A stretch of 64,000 bases of DNA, from positions 777,522-841,521 of the forward strand of contig CATQGW010000001.1 in NCBI GenBank assembly GCA_958295515.1. The letters run 5' to 3'. Under the pieces are notes generated by a model. The model did no database searches. It was not told the DNA's origin and was given only the letters and a program-made list of their open reading frames with translations. The stretch comes from an uncultured Dehalococcoidia bacterium (GTDB lineage: Bacteria; Chloroflexota; Dehalococcoidia; Bin125). A program made the position numbers and the translations under genes. Shown here one piece after another: positions 27,649-36,872 of this stretch (its first letter is position 1; every line of letters begins with the position of its first letter).

Positions 27649-28002
27649 ATGGTGGCTGAGCCGTGGCGCGCTGAGGACCTGCCGTCGGCGGCGATCGAGG
27701 CCAATGAACGCCCGATAGAGGTGGGCGTCATCGCAGTCGGGGACGCTCGCTTGGCCGCCGTGCCTCCGCTCCGTTTCGATGCCGCCTTTGATGCGAACGG
27801 CGGAGTCTACGAACTTACCGGCGAATTCGATATCGTGCTGGCCTCACCGCCCCGCCGCGAACTCGAAGACGCGCTCGACGACACGCTGGCGATGCTCTGG
27901 CGCGAGTACGCGGAGGAGGACCCCGCCGCACTTTCGCCGAAAGCTGCGGCGCTGCGGCGCGAACTTCGCAGCCGATTTGTGCTGGAGCACAATGCCGCTT
28001 GA
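27649..28002 (+). CDS. hypothetical protein (117 aa); possible frameshift continuation to about 28130
   Basis: ORF; protein-like +1 frame continuation LIDGLVRVIARQCKLTRREFDDLVACPLSRDQYEAKLRDADAI immediately after the stop. Confidence 0.3.
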   Translation: MVAEPWRAEDLPSAAIEANERPIEVGVIAVGDARLAAVPPLRFDAAFDANGGVYELTGEFDIVLASPPRRELEDALDDTLAMLWREYAEEDPAALSPKAAALRRELRSRFVLEHNAA

Positions 28003-28198
28003 TCGACGGCCTGGTGCGCGTCATCGCGCGGCAATGCAAGTTGACGCGGCGCGAGTTCGACGATCTGGTCGCCTGCCCGCTCTCGCGGGACCAGTACGAA
28101 GCCAAACTCCGCGACGCCGACGCGATCTGATCCTCTGCGAAGATTGCGGCGGGAATGAGTAGCGGCGTCAGACGCCGAAGAGGCGGCATCGCGTACGG

Positions 28199-29134
28199 TT
28201 AGTCTTGGAAGGTTGGCATTACCTCGGTGGACCAGGCCGCTAGCGCTTGCCAGTCGAGCGGGGGGCGTAGGGCGATGTTGATCCGCTCGACGCCTGCTTC
28301 GGCGTAGGGGGTGAGCTGCGCGATTGCTTCCGATGGTATGCCCGTAACGGCGCCGCGGGTGCGGAAAGCGTCGCCTGCTGCGCCGAAGACTTCGGCGAAA
28401 TGCGCTTCGGCGCGGGCGCGCTGCGCCTCGCCGGCGGCGAGGTGAAACGAGAGGTTGACGTCGCGGCGAATCTGGGACGGATCGCGCCCGACCGCCTCGC
28501 AGTGGCGGTCCAGCACCGCCGACAGCCGCCGCCATTCTTCGGCGGTCACGTAGGGCGAGTTCCAGCCGTCGGCGTGTTGGGCGATCAGCCGCAGGGTGCG
28601 GCGCTCGCCGTTGCCGCCGATCCAGATTGGTACGTGCGCCTGTAGCGGCTTGGGCTCGCAGAGCGCGTCCTGCAGCTGGAAGTACTGCCCCGCAAAGTCG
28701 GCGCGCTGCTGGGTGAATAACAGTTGGATGACCTGCAAGCCCTCTTCGAGGACATCGAGCCTGCGGCCGATTGGGGCGAAGGGGATGCCGTAGGCGTTGT
28801 ATTCCTGCCGGTTCCAGCCCGCGCCGAGGCCGACCTCGAGCCGCCCGTCGGACAGGTGATCAATCGCCGCCAGCGCGTTGGCGAGCACGGCCGGATGGCG
28901 GTAGTCCATGGCCAGCACGATCGTGCCGATTCGCATTCGCTCGGTATCGCAGGCGAGGGCGGTGAGGCAGGCCAGGCACTCGAGGTACGCGCCCTGTTTC
29001 TCGGTCATCGGCGACTCATAGAAGTGGTCGGAGACATCGAACCAGTCGAAGCCCGCGCCATCGGCCCAGCGCCACAGCCTGCGGCATTCGGCGATCGCGA
29101 TGTTCTGCTGGATCAGGTGGATGCCGAATTTCAC
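28199..29134 (-). CDS. LLM-class (luciferase-like) F420-dependent oxidoreductase
   Basis: 311 aa; MKFGIHL... TIM-barrel flavin/F420 oxidoreductase pattern. Confidence 0.7.
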   Translation of the reverse strand: MKFGIHLIQQNIAIAECRRLWRWADGAGFDWFDVSDHFYESPMTEKQGAYLECLACLTALACDTERMRIGTIVLAMDYRHPAVLANALAAIDHLSDGRLEVGLGAGWNRQEYNAYGIPFAPIGRRLDVLEEGLQVIQLLFTQQRADFAGQYFQLQDALCEPKPLQAHVPIWIGGNGERRTLRLIAQHADGWNSPYVTAEEWRRLSAVLDRHCEAVGRDPSQIRRDVNLSFHLAAGEAQRARAEAHFAEVFGAAGDAFRTRGAVTGIPSEAIAQLTPYAEAGVERINIALRPPLDWQALAAWSTEVMPTFQD

Positions 29135-29196
29135 GACTCGCCGTCGCCTTCACTGCGCCTGCGGTTATCATCGGACAGCCTACCTGGGCGCTCTCC

Positions 29197-29763
29197 GTGC
29201 AAAGGAGCTGGTCAATGGCCTCGCCTACCGGCCGTCCCATCCGCGAAGCCGAGTTCGACCGCCGCGTGATGGGCTACGTGCGGATGGTCGTCTCGCTGCT
29301 CTTGGTGATCACCGTGGTCGGCATTCCGCTGATCCCGTTCTGGCTGATCTGGAGTCTCAGCTATGCGCCGCGCGCGCTGGATCGGCTCTCGGCGCGCCTC
29401 ACGGCGCGGGCGCTGGAAGTCGAGACGGGTGTGTATTTCCGCAAGGAGAGCACGATTCCGCTGGACCGGATCACCGACATTCGGCTGCATGACGACCCGA
29501 TTATGCGCCGCTACGGGATACGCGGCATTCGCGTGGAGACGGCCGGCCAGGCCGGTTCCAGCGCTTCCGCAGAGGGCAATCTGGTCGGGATTGTCGACGC
29601 CGAAGATTTTCGCAATGCGATTCTCGCTCAGCGCGAAGCGCTGCTGGACGCGCCGGCGGGCGCCGGCGCGGCTGCGCCGAGCTCCGCGCCGGCGGCAGTC
29701 GGCGATGTCGCGCTGCTGACCGAGATCCGCGACCTGCTGCGGAGCATCGAGCGCAAGACGTAG
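29197..29763 (+). CDS. PH-domain (bPH_2/YdbS-like) membrane protein
   Basis: N-terminal two-TM hairpin (MVVSLLLVITVVGIPLIPFWLIWSL) followed by membrane-flanked PH-like domain (..TIPLDRITDIRLHDDPIMRRYGIRGIRVETAG..). Confidence 0.55.
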   Translation: MQRSWSMASPTGRPIREAEFDRRVMGYVRMVVSLLLVITVVGIPLIPFWLIWSLSYAPRALDRLSARLTARALEVETGVYFRKESTIPLDRITDIRLHDDPIMRRYGIRGIRVETAGQAGSSASAEGNLVGIVDAEDFRNAILAQREALLDAPAGAGAAAPSSAPAAVGDVALLTEIRDLLRSIERKT

Positions 29764-29818
29764 CGTTGGGCTGCCTCCTGCGGAGGGAGCGTTGCACAGC
29801 GGTCTCGCACGCTCTTCG

Positions 29819-30940
29819 TCATTTCCGACCCACGCGGGCCAGCCGGTCCAGCCAGCTGGAGACTTGCTGCTCGAAGCGCGCCCACCACTCGCCCGCCTGC
29901 GTATGTGACGCCGCGAGCTCTGTGCGTAATGCTCGCAGCTCCGCCCTGACCTCGACCAACTCGCTGCGCAGCGCTTCTAACGTTGGCCGACTGTCCGACT
30001 CGCTCTGCCGCTCGCCGACCAGCGCCAGTTGTTTGTCCAACTCTGCGACCCGCACGCCGAGGCCCTGCAGCCCGGCGATTTGTTCCGCGTGCGAGACCTT
30101 TTGCGCCGCCTCCACCGCCCCGATCACCTCCTTCGACTCGCCGCGCATCGCCTCGATCTCGCTCCGCGCCTGCTGCAATTGCTCCGTCAGCGTCAGCACG
30201 CCGTCGCGCACCAAGCTCATCAGCTTGTTCTCGCTCGCCTCGAACCGCTCATTCAATGCGGTCCGATTGGCCGCTCGCGTCTCCGCCGCCGCGGCGCGCG
30301 CATCTTCAAGCTGGCGGTACACATCCGAAACCAGCTCCAACATCTGATTCAGCACCCCCGACAACTGCTCGGTCGGCATGCCGCGCTGTTCCAGCGCCGC
30401 GTGGAGCCGCTCGATTTGCTCGGCGAGGTCCGACGGCGTTGGTGAGTCGAGGTCTGCTTCGCCCACCTCGCGCACCGCATCGGCCGCCTCTTCGTCGAAG
30501 ACCCGCAGCACTCGTTCGCAGAGGTCCACCGCCTTCAGGACATCGTTGCGCGAAAGGTCGCGCAGCGGAGGGTGCGCCCAGGTGTTGCGCAGCTGGTAGA
30601 CGGCGTAGATCGCGTTCGTCGTCTCGGGCTCCGTGAGTTCACCGAACAGATCGCTGCGCGACTTCACGGCCTCCAGGAACATTGCAATGTCGACCAGGAA
30701 CTCGTTCTCCTCCTCTTTGGAACGCGCGACTCCACCCTCGGCGCGCTGCGTGTCCAGCGTCTCTCGCGTGTTGCGGATCTCCTCCTGCTGATGTCCCGTG
30801 AAATATGAGTACAGCTCGTCGAACCACGACTCTGCGTACTTTGCGCGCCACTGATTGGCGATGTGGCGGCGCATGGCGCTGCGGTAGATGTTCAGCACCC
30901 GGGTCAGGCGCTCGTGCTGCGGAAACTCGCTGGCGGCCAC
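29819..30940 (-). CDS. hypothetical protein with N-terminal HEPN-like Rx4H motif and C-terminal coiled coil
   Basis: AVYQLRNTWAHPP (R-x4-H) in N-terminal helical domain; C-terminal 200 aa strongly coiled-coil. Confidence 0.4.
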   Translation of the reverse strand: MAASEFPQHERLTRVLNIYRSAMRRHIANQWRAKYAESWFDELYSYFTGHQQEEIRNTRETLDTQRAEGGVARSKEEENEFLVDIAMFLEAVKSRSDLFGELTEPETTNAIYAVYQLRNTWAHPPLRDLSRNDVLKAVDLCERVLRVFDEEAADAVREVGEADLDSPTPSDLAEQIERLHAALEQRGMPTEQLSGVLNQMLELVSDVYRQLEDARAAAAETRAANRTALNERFEASENKLMSLVRDGVLTLTEQLQQARSEIEAMRGESKEVIGAVEAAQKVSHAEQIAGLQGLGVRVAELDKQLALVGERQSESDSRPTLEALRSELVEVRAELRALRTELAASHTQAGEWWARFEQQVSSWLDRLARVGRK

Positions 30941-30943
30941 GGG

Positions 30944-32500
30944 TCAGTCCAGCCCCAGCTTCTCCGCGAGGCCGATGCGCTGCACTTTGCCTGTCGCCCC
31001 TTTCGGAATCTCATCGAGGATGACGATCCGGCGCGGCGTCTTGAAGTCTGCGAGACGCTCGCCGACGAAGCGGCGGAGCTCGCGCTCTTCGGCTTCGGCG
31101 CCGTCGCGCAGCACGACCGCGGCGGCGACCTCCTCGCCGAGGCGCTCGTGCGGCATGGCGAAGGTCACGGCCTGCCCCACCGCGGGATGTTGCAGCAGCG
31201 CCTCATCGACCTCGCGGGGCGAGATCTTTTCGCCGCCGCGGTTGATGATTTCCTTGAGCCGGCCGGTGATCGTGAGATAGCCCTTGGCGTCGAGTTCGCC
31301 CTGGTCGCCGGTGCGGAACCAGCCGCGGGTGTAGGCCTCGGCGTTGGCTTCGGGGTTGTTGCGGTAGCCGTCGGTCACGTTGGGTCCGCGAATGACGACT
31401 TCGCCGCGCGCGCCGAGCGCCTGGATTGCGCCGTCGGCGTCCATGATTGCGATCTCCGGCCCCGCCGGCAGGCCGACGCTGCCCGGCTTGCGGGCCAGCG
31501 GGGGCATGGGGTTCGAGGTCATCTGGTGCGCCGCCTCGGTCATGCCGTAGGACTCGATGACGGGCGCGCCGAAGGTGGACTCGAGTTCGGCCATCACGGT
31601 CGGCGGGAGCGAGGAGGAGGAGGAGCGGATCAGGCGCAGTTCGGTCTCGGCCAGGATTTCGGCGTTGCGCTCGGCGCGGGTGAGGATCAGCTGGTGCATC
31701 GTGGGCACGGCGGTGTACCAGGAGGGGCGCGCCTCGCGCAGCCAGGCGAAGACTTGCATCGCGTTGAAGCCGGGCGAGCACCAGGTGCAGCCGCCCGCGC
31801 CGAGGCTCGCCAGCACGCCCGCGATCAGCCCGTGAATGTGGAAGAGCGGCATGATGTTCATGCAGCGGTCGTCCGGCGTCAGCGAGAGCGTGTCGCGGAT
31901 GTGGCGCGCCGAGGCGCAGACGTTGCGCTGGCGCAGCGGCACAATCTTGGGGCGCGAGGTGGTGCCCGAGGTGTGCAGCACCAGCGCGGTGTCGTCGGGC
32001 TCGGACGCGCCCGGGGCGGTCGGCGCGCCGCGCAAGTCGGACTCCAGCGCGAATCCGCCGGCTGGTCCGTCGCTCAGCGGGGTGAGCTCGATCAGCGGCA
32101 CGCCTTCGGCGGCGGCTGCTGCGCGCACCGGCGACTCTTCGCCGCGCTGCACCACCACCGCGCGCGCCTCCAGGTCCGAGAGGTAGAAGCTGAACTCGTC
32201 GGTTCGGTAGCCGGGATTGAGCGGCGCGGCGGTCGCGGCGGAGGCGACGCTGAGAAACGCTGCGGCCATTTCAGGCCCGTTGGGCAGCACGATCGCCACC
32301 GGGTCGCCGCGCCCCAGTCCGAAGCCGTTCAGCGCGGCGGTGGTCTGCTCGATCAGCGCCCGCAGCGCGGCGAAGCTGAGCGGCTCGCGGGCCGGCGCGC
32401 CCAGCGCGGGGCTGGCGGCGTCGTGCGCGGCGAGCAGCTCGGCGATGGTGGATGCGGCGGGCGATGCAGTCACGGTCGGCCTCCCTGTAAAGCCCCACAC
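30944..32500 (-). CDS. AMP-forming acyl-CoA synthetase/ligase
   Basis: LHTSGTTSRPKIV AMP-binding motif; ...GEVVIRG...YRN....T......WFRTGD; 518 aa. Confidence 0.8.
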   Translation of the reverse strand: MWGFTGRPTVTASPAASTIAELLAAHDAASPALGAPAREPLSFAALRALIEQTTAALNGFGLGRGDPVAIVLPNGPEMAAAFLSVASAATAAPLNPGYRTDEFSFYLSDLEARAVVVQRGEESPVRAAAAAEGVPLIELTPLSDGPAGGFALESDLRGAPTAPGASEPDDTALVLHTSGTTSRPKIVPLRQRNVCASARHIRDTLSLTPDDRCMNIMPLFHIHGLIAGVLASLGAGGCTWCSPGFNAMQVFAWLREARPSWYTAVPTMHQLILTRAERNAEILAETELRLIRSSSSSLPPTVMAELESTFGAPVIESYGMTEAAHQMTSNPMPPLARKPGSVGLPAGPEIAIMDADGAIQALGARGEVVIRGPNVTDGYRNNPEANAEAYTRGWFRTGDQGELDAKGYLTITGRLKEIINRGGEKISPREVDEALLQHPAVGQAVTFAMPHERLGEEVAAAVVLRDGAEAEERELRRFVGERLADFKTPRRIVILDEIPKGATGKVQRIGLAEKLGLD

Positions 32501-32551
32501 TAAAGCCGCTCCTGCGCTGTGTCAGTCGAATTCGCTTGTACACTTGGAGGT

Positions 32552-32643
32552 GGAGAGGTGTCCGAGTGGCCGAAGGAGCCGATCTCGAAAATCGGTAGGT
32601 GCGGTGACGTGCCTCGTGGGTTCGAATCCCACCCTCTCCGCCA
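32552..32643 (+). tRNA. tRNA-Ser (anticodon CGA)
   Basis: GGAGAGG/CCTCTCC acceptor stem, anticodon loop cTCGAaa, long variable arm, GTTCGAATCC T-loop, encoded CCA. Confidence 0.85.
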
Positions 32644-32694
32644 GTCATCCCGTCCTTCCCGCCGCCGCGCGGGAAGTGGACCGCGCACACGCCC

Positions 32695-32784
32695 GGAGAG
32701 GTGCTGGAGTGGCCGATCAGGCACGCCTGGAAAGCGTGTAGGGGCGCAAGTCCCTCGTGGGTTCGAATCCCACCCTCTCCGCCA
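32695..32784 (+). tRNA. tRNA-Ser (anticodon GGA)
   Basis: Same acceptor stem; anticodon loop cTGGAaa; long variable arm; encoded CCA. Confidence 0.85.
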
Positions 32785-32883
32785 GCCCCCTCTGTCATTC
32801 CCGCCCTCAGATCCGTCATACCCGCCCGCCCCACCTTGCAACCAGGCGAATACCTGTTCTATCATCGCGGCAGGAGCGGCCCG

Positions 32884-33621
32884 ATGCAGCGTTCGCAGAT
32901 CGAGTGGACCGATGCGACCTGGAACCCGGTGACCGGCTGCACGCAGATCAGCCCGGGCTGCGGCCACTGCTACGCGAAGACCTTCGCGGAGCGCTTTCGC
33001 GGCGTGCCCGGCCACCCGTATGAGCGCGGCTTCGATTTGCAACTGCGCCCCGAACGGTTGGACCAGCCGCTGCGCTGGAAGAAGCCGCGCACGATCTTCG
33101 TCAACTCGATGAGCGATCTGTTCCACGAGGAGGTGCCCGACGACTACGTGCATGAGGTTTTTGAGGTGATGGCAGCCGCCAGCCAGCACCGGTTCCAGGT
33201 GCTGACCAAGCGGGCGGAGCGGCTCGCCGAGCTTGCGCCGTCGCTGCCCTGGCCGGAGCACGTGTGGATGGGCGTCTCGGTTGAAAGCCAGCATTGGACT
33301 TCGCGGATTGAACACTTGCGCGAAACGTCGGCGGCGATCAAGTTTCTCTCCTGCGAGCCGTTGCTGGGTCCGCTGGAGCTCGATCTTGAGGGGATTGACT
33401 GGGTGATCGTCGGGGGCGAGAGCGGACCGGGAGCAAGGCCGATGCAGCCGGATTGGGCGCGCGGGGTTCGAGATCGGTGTGTTGAGGTGGCGGTTCCGTT
33501 CTTCTTCAAGCAGTGGGGGGCGCACGACCGCGAGGGTCGGCGCGTCGGCAAGAAGCGGGCGGGGCGGACGCTAGATGACAAATTGTGGATCGAGAAACCG
33601 CAAATGCATACCTTCGTATAG
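32884..33621 (+). CDS. phage Gp37/Gp68 family protein (DUF5131; three-Cys C-x5-C-x2-C motif)
   Basis: MQRSQIEWTDATWNPVTGCTQISPGCGHCYA... hallmark N-terminus of PF07505; CAGGAG SD. Confidence 0.75.
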   Translation: MQRSQIEWTDATWNPVTGCTQISPGCGHCYAKTFAERFRGVPGHPYERGFDLQLRPERLDQPLRWKKPRTIFVNSMSDLFHEEVPDDYVHEVFEVMAAASQHRFQVLTKRAERLAELAPSLPWPEHVWMGVSVESQHWTSRIEHLRETSAAIKFLSCEPLLGPLELDLEGIDWVIVGGESGPGARPMQPDWARGVRDRCVEVAVPFFFKQWGAHDREGRRVGKKRAGRTLDDKLWIEKPQMHTFV

Positions 33622-33690
33622 CCTCAAGTGCAGCTGATCAATGAGCCTCGAGTCGCCTACTGACTGTGTGGTACCCCGAGTCTTGACGTG

Positions 33691-34953
33691 CTACGTGCAG
33701 TTCCGGCACGCGCACAGAGGTGCGCCTCTCACCAATTCGCTCGCCGAGGGAGTGTCAAAGCCCGAATACACAAAGTCTGTAGAATAAGCAGGGAAGAACC
33801 GGTATGCTTTGTGCAAAGCTTTTTTCTCGTCGGGCGACTTGGCCCAATTGACCACTTGGATTCGCGAGATGGTCTCGTTCTCGCCGACGTTTAGCCACTC
33901 GTCGGAATCGGGGGCGATAGGCTCATGCAAGCCGTAGTTTTCAGGATCGAACATCGCGTCTTCGTAACCATTGACGAGATTGTAAATCGCTTGGCGTGCG
34001 TGTGAGTCACCCTTGGGAATCGAATAGCCGATAAAGGCTAGACCAGAGATGTCGTACGGCAGATCACCGAGAATGCGCCACAGCGGTGCGAAACGTGCGC
34101 CGTACGCCAGTTTAGCGTAGGACGGTGCCAGTATCATCGGCGGATGGCGGAAAGGGGCCGCAGGTCCCGATTCGAAGTATTTCATCGGGTCCGACAAGAC
34201 TCGAATTGAACCCAGCGGGTTATCTGGACCTTCTCCACTATCGACTAGCGGTTCCGTCGGATGCGAGCCGAGCGGGTTGTAATCGAGCGCATGCTCGTAT
34301 GCATCCCGCGTATCGTATTGTTGCGCGATCCATTCGATGCCTGCATCAAAGTAGTGTTGGTCTACCCAATCAACCGATCCGTGAAGCTTCATGACCACGA
34401 TTGGGGGATTGGGTTCGGAAGAGAGGTGACTTGGCATATTCCTATTCCGTTTTTCGTCGCCGTAGTCCAGTGGGTACCGTTGATACCGCCGGTTGTATAG
34501 ATCGAGCAGCGACTCGATGATGAGGTCGTAGTTGAATGTGAGTACCACATCACCGGGACGCAGACCGGTTGCGAAGACATGGTAGGCCTTAGGCAGGTCT
34601 TCGGCGGGCGGGGTGTGGCGTAAGAGGGTGAGTGCAGTGGCTTGGCGCAGCAAGCGCTGGTCCGCGTTAGCTTCCGTGTTGGTCTCTGCTCCGTTGAATT
34701 GCAGGAAGTGCCTGTGATCCATGTATTCGACAAATTGTTCCAAGTCGATCTTCGGATCTTGCACGCAAGTTGTGTGTTCTCGATATCGCTTGTACGACGA
34801 AAGCGACCGTTCTAGGGGATTGTCCGGCCCCACGAGATTGCGGGCTTCAGCTCGGACATGATGTAGTAAGTTTTGTGCGGTAGGCAGGCCGGCAAGTGCT
34901 GAGAAGCCAGCTCCAAGGACGAATGCTCTCGGGCGGTAGGGAATGTAGATCAC
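33691..34953 (-). CDS. SIR2-like domain protein (SIR2_2 family, defence-associated type)
   Basis: AFVLGAGFSALAGLP near N-terminus and VVMKLHGSVDWV motif typical of SIR2_2; 420 aa; start overlaps upstream MTase stop (ATGA). Confidence 0.6.
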   Translation of the reverse strand: MIYIPYRPRAFVLGAGFSALAGLPTAQNLLHHVRAEARNLVGPDNPLERSLSSYKRYREHTTCVQDPKIDLEQFVEYMDHRHFLQFNGAETNTEANADQRLLRQATALTLLRHTPPAEDLPKAYHVFATGLRPGDVVLTFNYDLIIESLLDLYNRRYQRYPLDYGDEKRNRNMPSHLSSEPNPPIVVMKLHGSVDWVDQHYFDAGIEWIAQQYDTRDAYEHALDYNPLGSHPTEPLVDSGEGPDNPLGSIRVLSDPMKYFESGPAAPFRHPPMILAPSYAKLAYGARFAPLWRILGDLPYDISGLAFIGYSIPKGDSHARQAIYNLVNGYEDAMFDPENYGLHEPIAPDSDEWLNVGENETISRIQVVNWAKSPDEKKALHKAYRFFPAYSTDFVYSGFDTPSASELVRGAPLCACRNCT

Positions 34954-36320
34954 GGAGGAGCCGCCTCTCGTCGCTGCGATCGCTGCATGCCATGCTGATC
35001 TCTAGTGTAGCTGGGGCACCGGTGCGGAGTTGGAAGGCTAGGTTCGCAGTCGCGCCAGCGCAGGAGCAGGACCTCTTCGTTGAGCTCAGAGCGGGTTGCT
35101 GTGGCTGCGCGCGTGCGGAAGAGGTCCTTGCCCACCACCTCATACCCCAGACGCTCCGCAATCCCCGCCAGCAGATCTGCGGTGCGGATCATGACGCGCA
35201 GGTAGGACGCCTGGTCCCCCACCACGTAGGCCAGCTGCGCGCCTGGTTTCAGCACGCGGCGGAGGGAGGCGAAGTGGCGCGCCATGCCGCCGAAATATAG
35301 GGCGGCGACGCGGTGATACATGCGCTCGAAGCCGGAGGTTTTGCCGAGCTCCAGCCGCGTCTGCTCGATTTGTGCGGCCAGCGCCTGCACTTCGGGGTGC
35401 GCGGCGACCCAGGCATCGTCGTCGTCGCCTTTGTAGACGCCGCGGCTGTTGGAGCGGAGCAGGCCGCGTTTGATGGCGCGCAGCTCGTTGTTGTCGGCGA
35501 GCAGTCCGAGAATCACCGACTCCAGACGGACGGCGCGCGTGTAGTCCTTTTCGTTGGGATACGGGGGCGAGGTGATCACGCAATCGATTGAGCGTTCGGG
35601 AACCGACGCTGCAACGTCCCGCGCGTCTGCTTGCACGACGGAGGCCGGAGCGTCGCCGATCTCGCGCAGGTCGTCCAGATCGCGCGCGAACACTTGCATG
35701 CGGTTGTGCCAGGCGAAAATTGCGGCGATGTCCTCCTTTTTCGCTCCCAGGCCGACCTCGGGGCCGAAGCGCAGATTGCCGATGGTGGTCGGCAGCTCGC
35801 GCGCCAGCGCGAGGCGCAGATGGGCGGGGTGCGCGGAGCCTGATTGCTCGATGGCGTTGCGCAGGACGAGCGCTTTGTGCAGGGGGAGCGGGGAGATCGA
35901 GTTATGCAGCAGCAGGCGCTGCTGCTCGGGCGGCAGCGTCAGCAGCGGCGACGGCGCAGCCGCGCCCGGTTCGTCGCGCCCGCCGTCCCGCTCCAGCCGC
36001 GCGTGGGCGCGCTCGGCGATGGTGTCGGCGTCGCGGCGCAGGGCGTCGCCCTGGGGCGACCAGTCGAGCTTTGTCGCGGCGGCGAAGGCGGACATCGGCA
36101 GCGCTTCGATGCCGACTGAGGCGACGCCCAGTTTCCTGGCCTCGACCAATGTCGTGCCCGTGCCGCAGAACGGATCGAGGATCGTGGCTCCGGCGTCCAG
36201 CCCGAAGCGCTCGACGTAATCGCGCACCAGATGCGGCGGAAACGAGAGCACGAAGCGGTACCAGTCGTGTACCGGGCGGTCGCTCGCCAGCAGCTGGTTG
36301 CGCTCGCGCCCCGATGGCAT
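34950..36320 (-). CDS. DNA methyltransferase (N4/N6 amino-MTase; motif I then SPPY)
   Basis: ILDPFCGTGTTLVEA (motif I) and CVITSPPYPNEKDY (motif IV); 456 aa; translationally coupled to SIR2-like gene. Confidence 0.7.
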   Translation of the reverse strand: MPSGRERNQLLASDRPVHDWYRFVLSFPPHLVRDYVERFGLDAGATILDPFCGTGTTLVEARKLGVASVGIEALPMSAFAAATKLDWSPQGDALRRDADTIAERAHARLERDGGRDEPGAAAPSPLLTLPPEQQRLLLHNSISPLPLHKALVLRNAIEQSGSAHPAHLRLALARELPTTIGNLRFGPEVGLGAKKEDIAAIFAWHNRMQVFARDLDDLREIGDAPASVVQADARDVAASVPERSIDCVITSPPYPNEKDYTRAVRLESVILGLLADNNELRAIKRGLLRSNSRGVYKGDDDDAWVAAHPEVQALAAQIEQTRLELGKTSGFERMYHRVAALYFGGMARHFASLRRVLKPGAQLAYVVGDQASYLRVMIRTADLLAGIAERLGYEVVGKDLFRTRAATATRSELNEEVLLLRWRDCEPSLPTPHRCPSYTRDQHGMQRSQRREAAPP

Positions 36321-36322
36321 GG

Positions 36323-36523
36323 CTACTCGTCGTCGGGCAGATGGCCCTCGCGGCGGGCGGCGGCGTGACGCGCGCGCAGCTGCGCCTCGCGCTCAGCGGC
36401 CGCCGCTTCGGCCTCGCTGCGCGCGGCCTGCCACTGCTCGGTGCGGTCGTCTGCCGACAGAATTCGCCCCACCAGCGCGGCCAGCACGCCCAGCAGCACG
36501 CCCAGCTTGAACCCGCGCCACAT
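36323..36523 (-). CDS. small membrane protein (66 aa)
   Basis: single TM helix LGVLLGVLAALVGRIL; low confidence ORF. Confidence 0.3.
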   Translation of the reverse strand: MWRGFKLGVLLGVLAALVGRILSADDRTEQWQAARSEAEAAAAEREAQLRARHAAARREGHLPDDE

Positions 36524-36529
36524 CTGCCG

Positions 36530-36847
36530 CTAGCCGTCCCGGCGGCCGAGCGTCCGCAGCGCGCGCTGGATGCCCGCCGCCGCGCCGTAGGCCCGAATGA
36601 CCGGCCCCGCCGCCGACTCGCCCAGGAATTCCGCGGTTCCCTTGACCGATTGCATCGTCTCCCGCGCCTGCTCCAGAAGCGGCGGCACGCCCTCGCCGAA
36701 GGTCTGGCGTGTGGTGCGCAGCAGGCGGAACGTCATCCAGCCCAGGACGATCGTGAAGAGCAGAAAGACGGCCGCGGAGACCACGCCGATCAGCCCCATC
36801 ACGATGATCACGATGTCGCGGATGTCGGTGATCGTGCTCAGCGCCAT
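36530..36847 (-). CDS. small membrane protein (105 aa, DUF948-like topology)
   Basis: N-terminal TM VIIVMGLIGVVSAAVFLLFTIVLGW then helical region. Confidence 0.4.
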   Translation of the reverse strand: MALSTITDIRDIVIIVMGLIGVVSAAVFLLFTIVLGWMTFRLLRTTRQTFGEGVPPLLEQARETMQSVKGTAEFLGESAAGPVIRAYGAAAGIQRALRTLGRRDG

Positions 36848-36872
36848 GATTTGGTCATCCTATCGCACGCGC

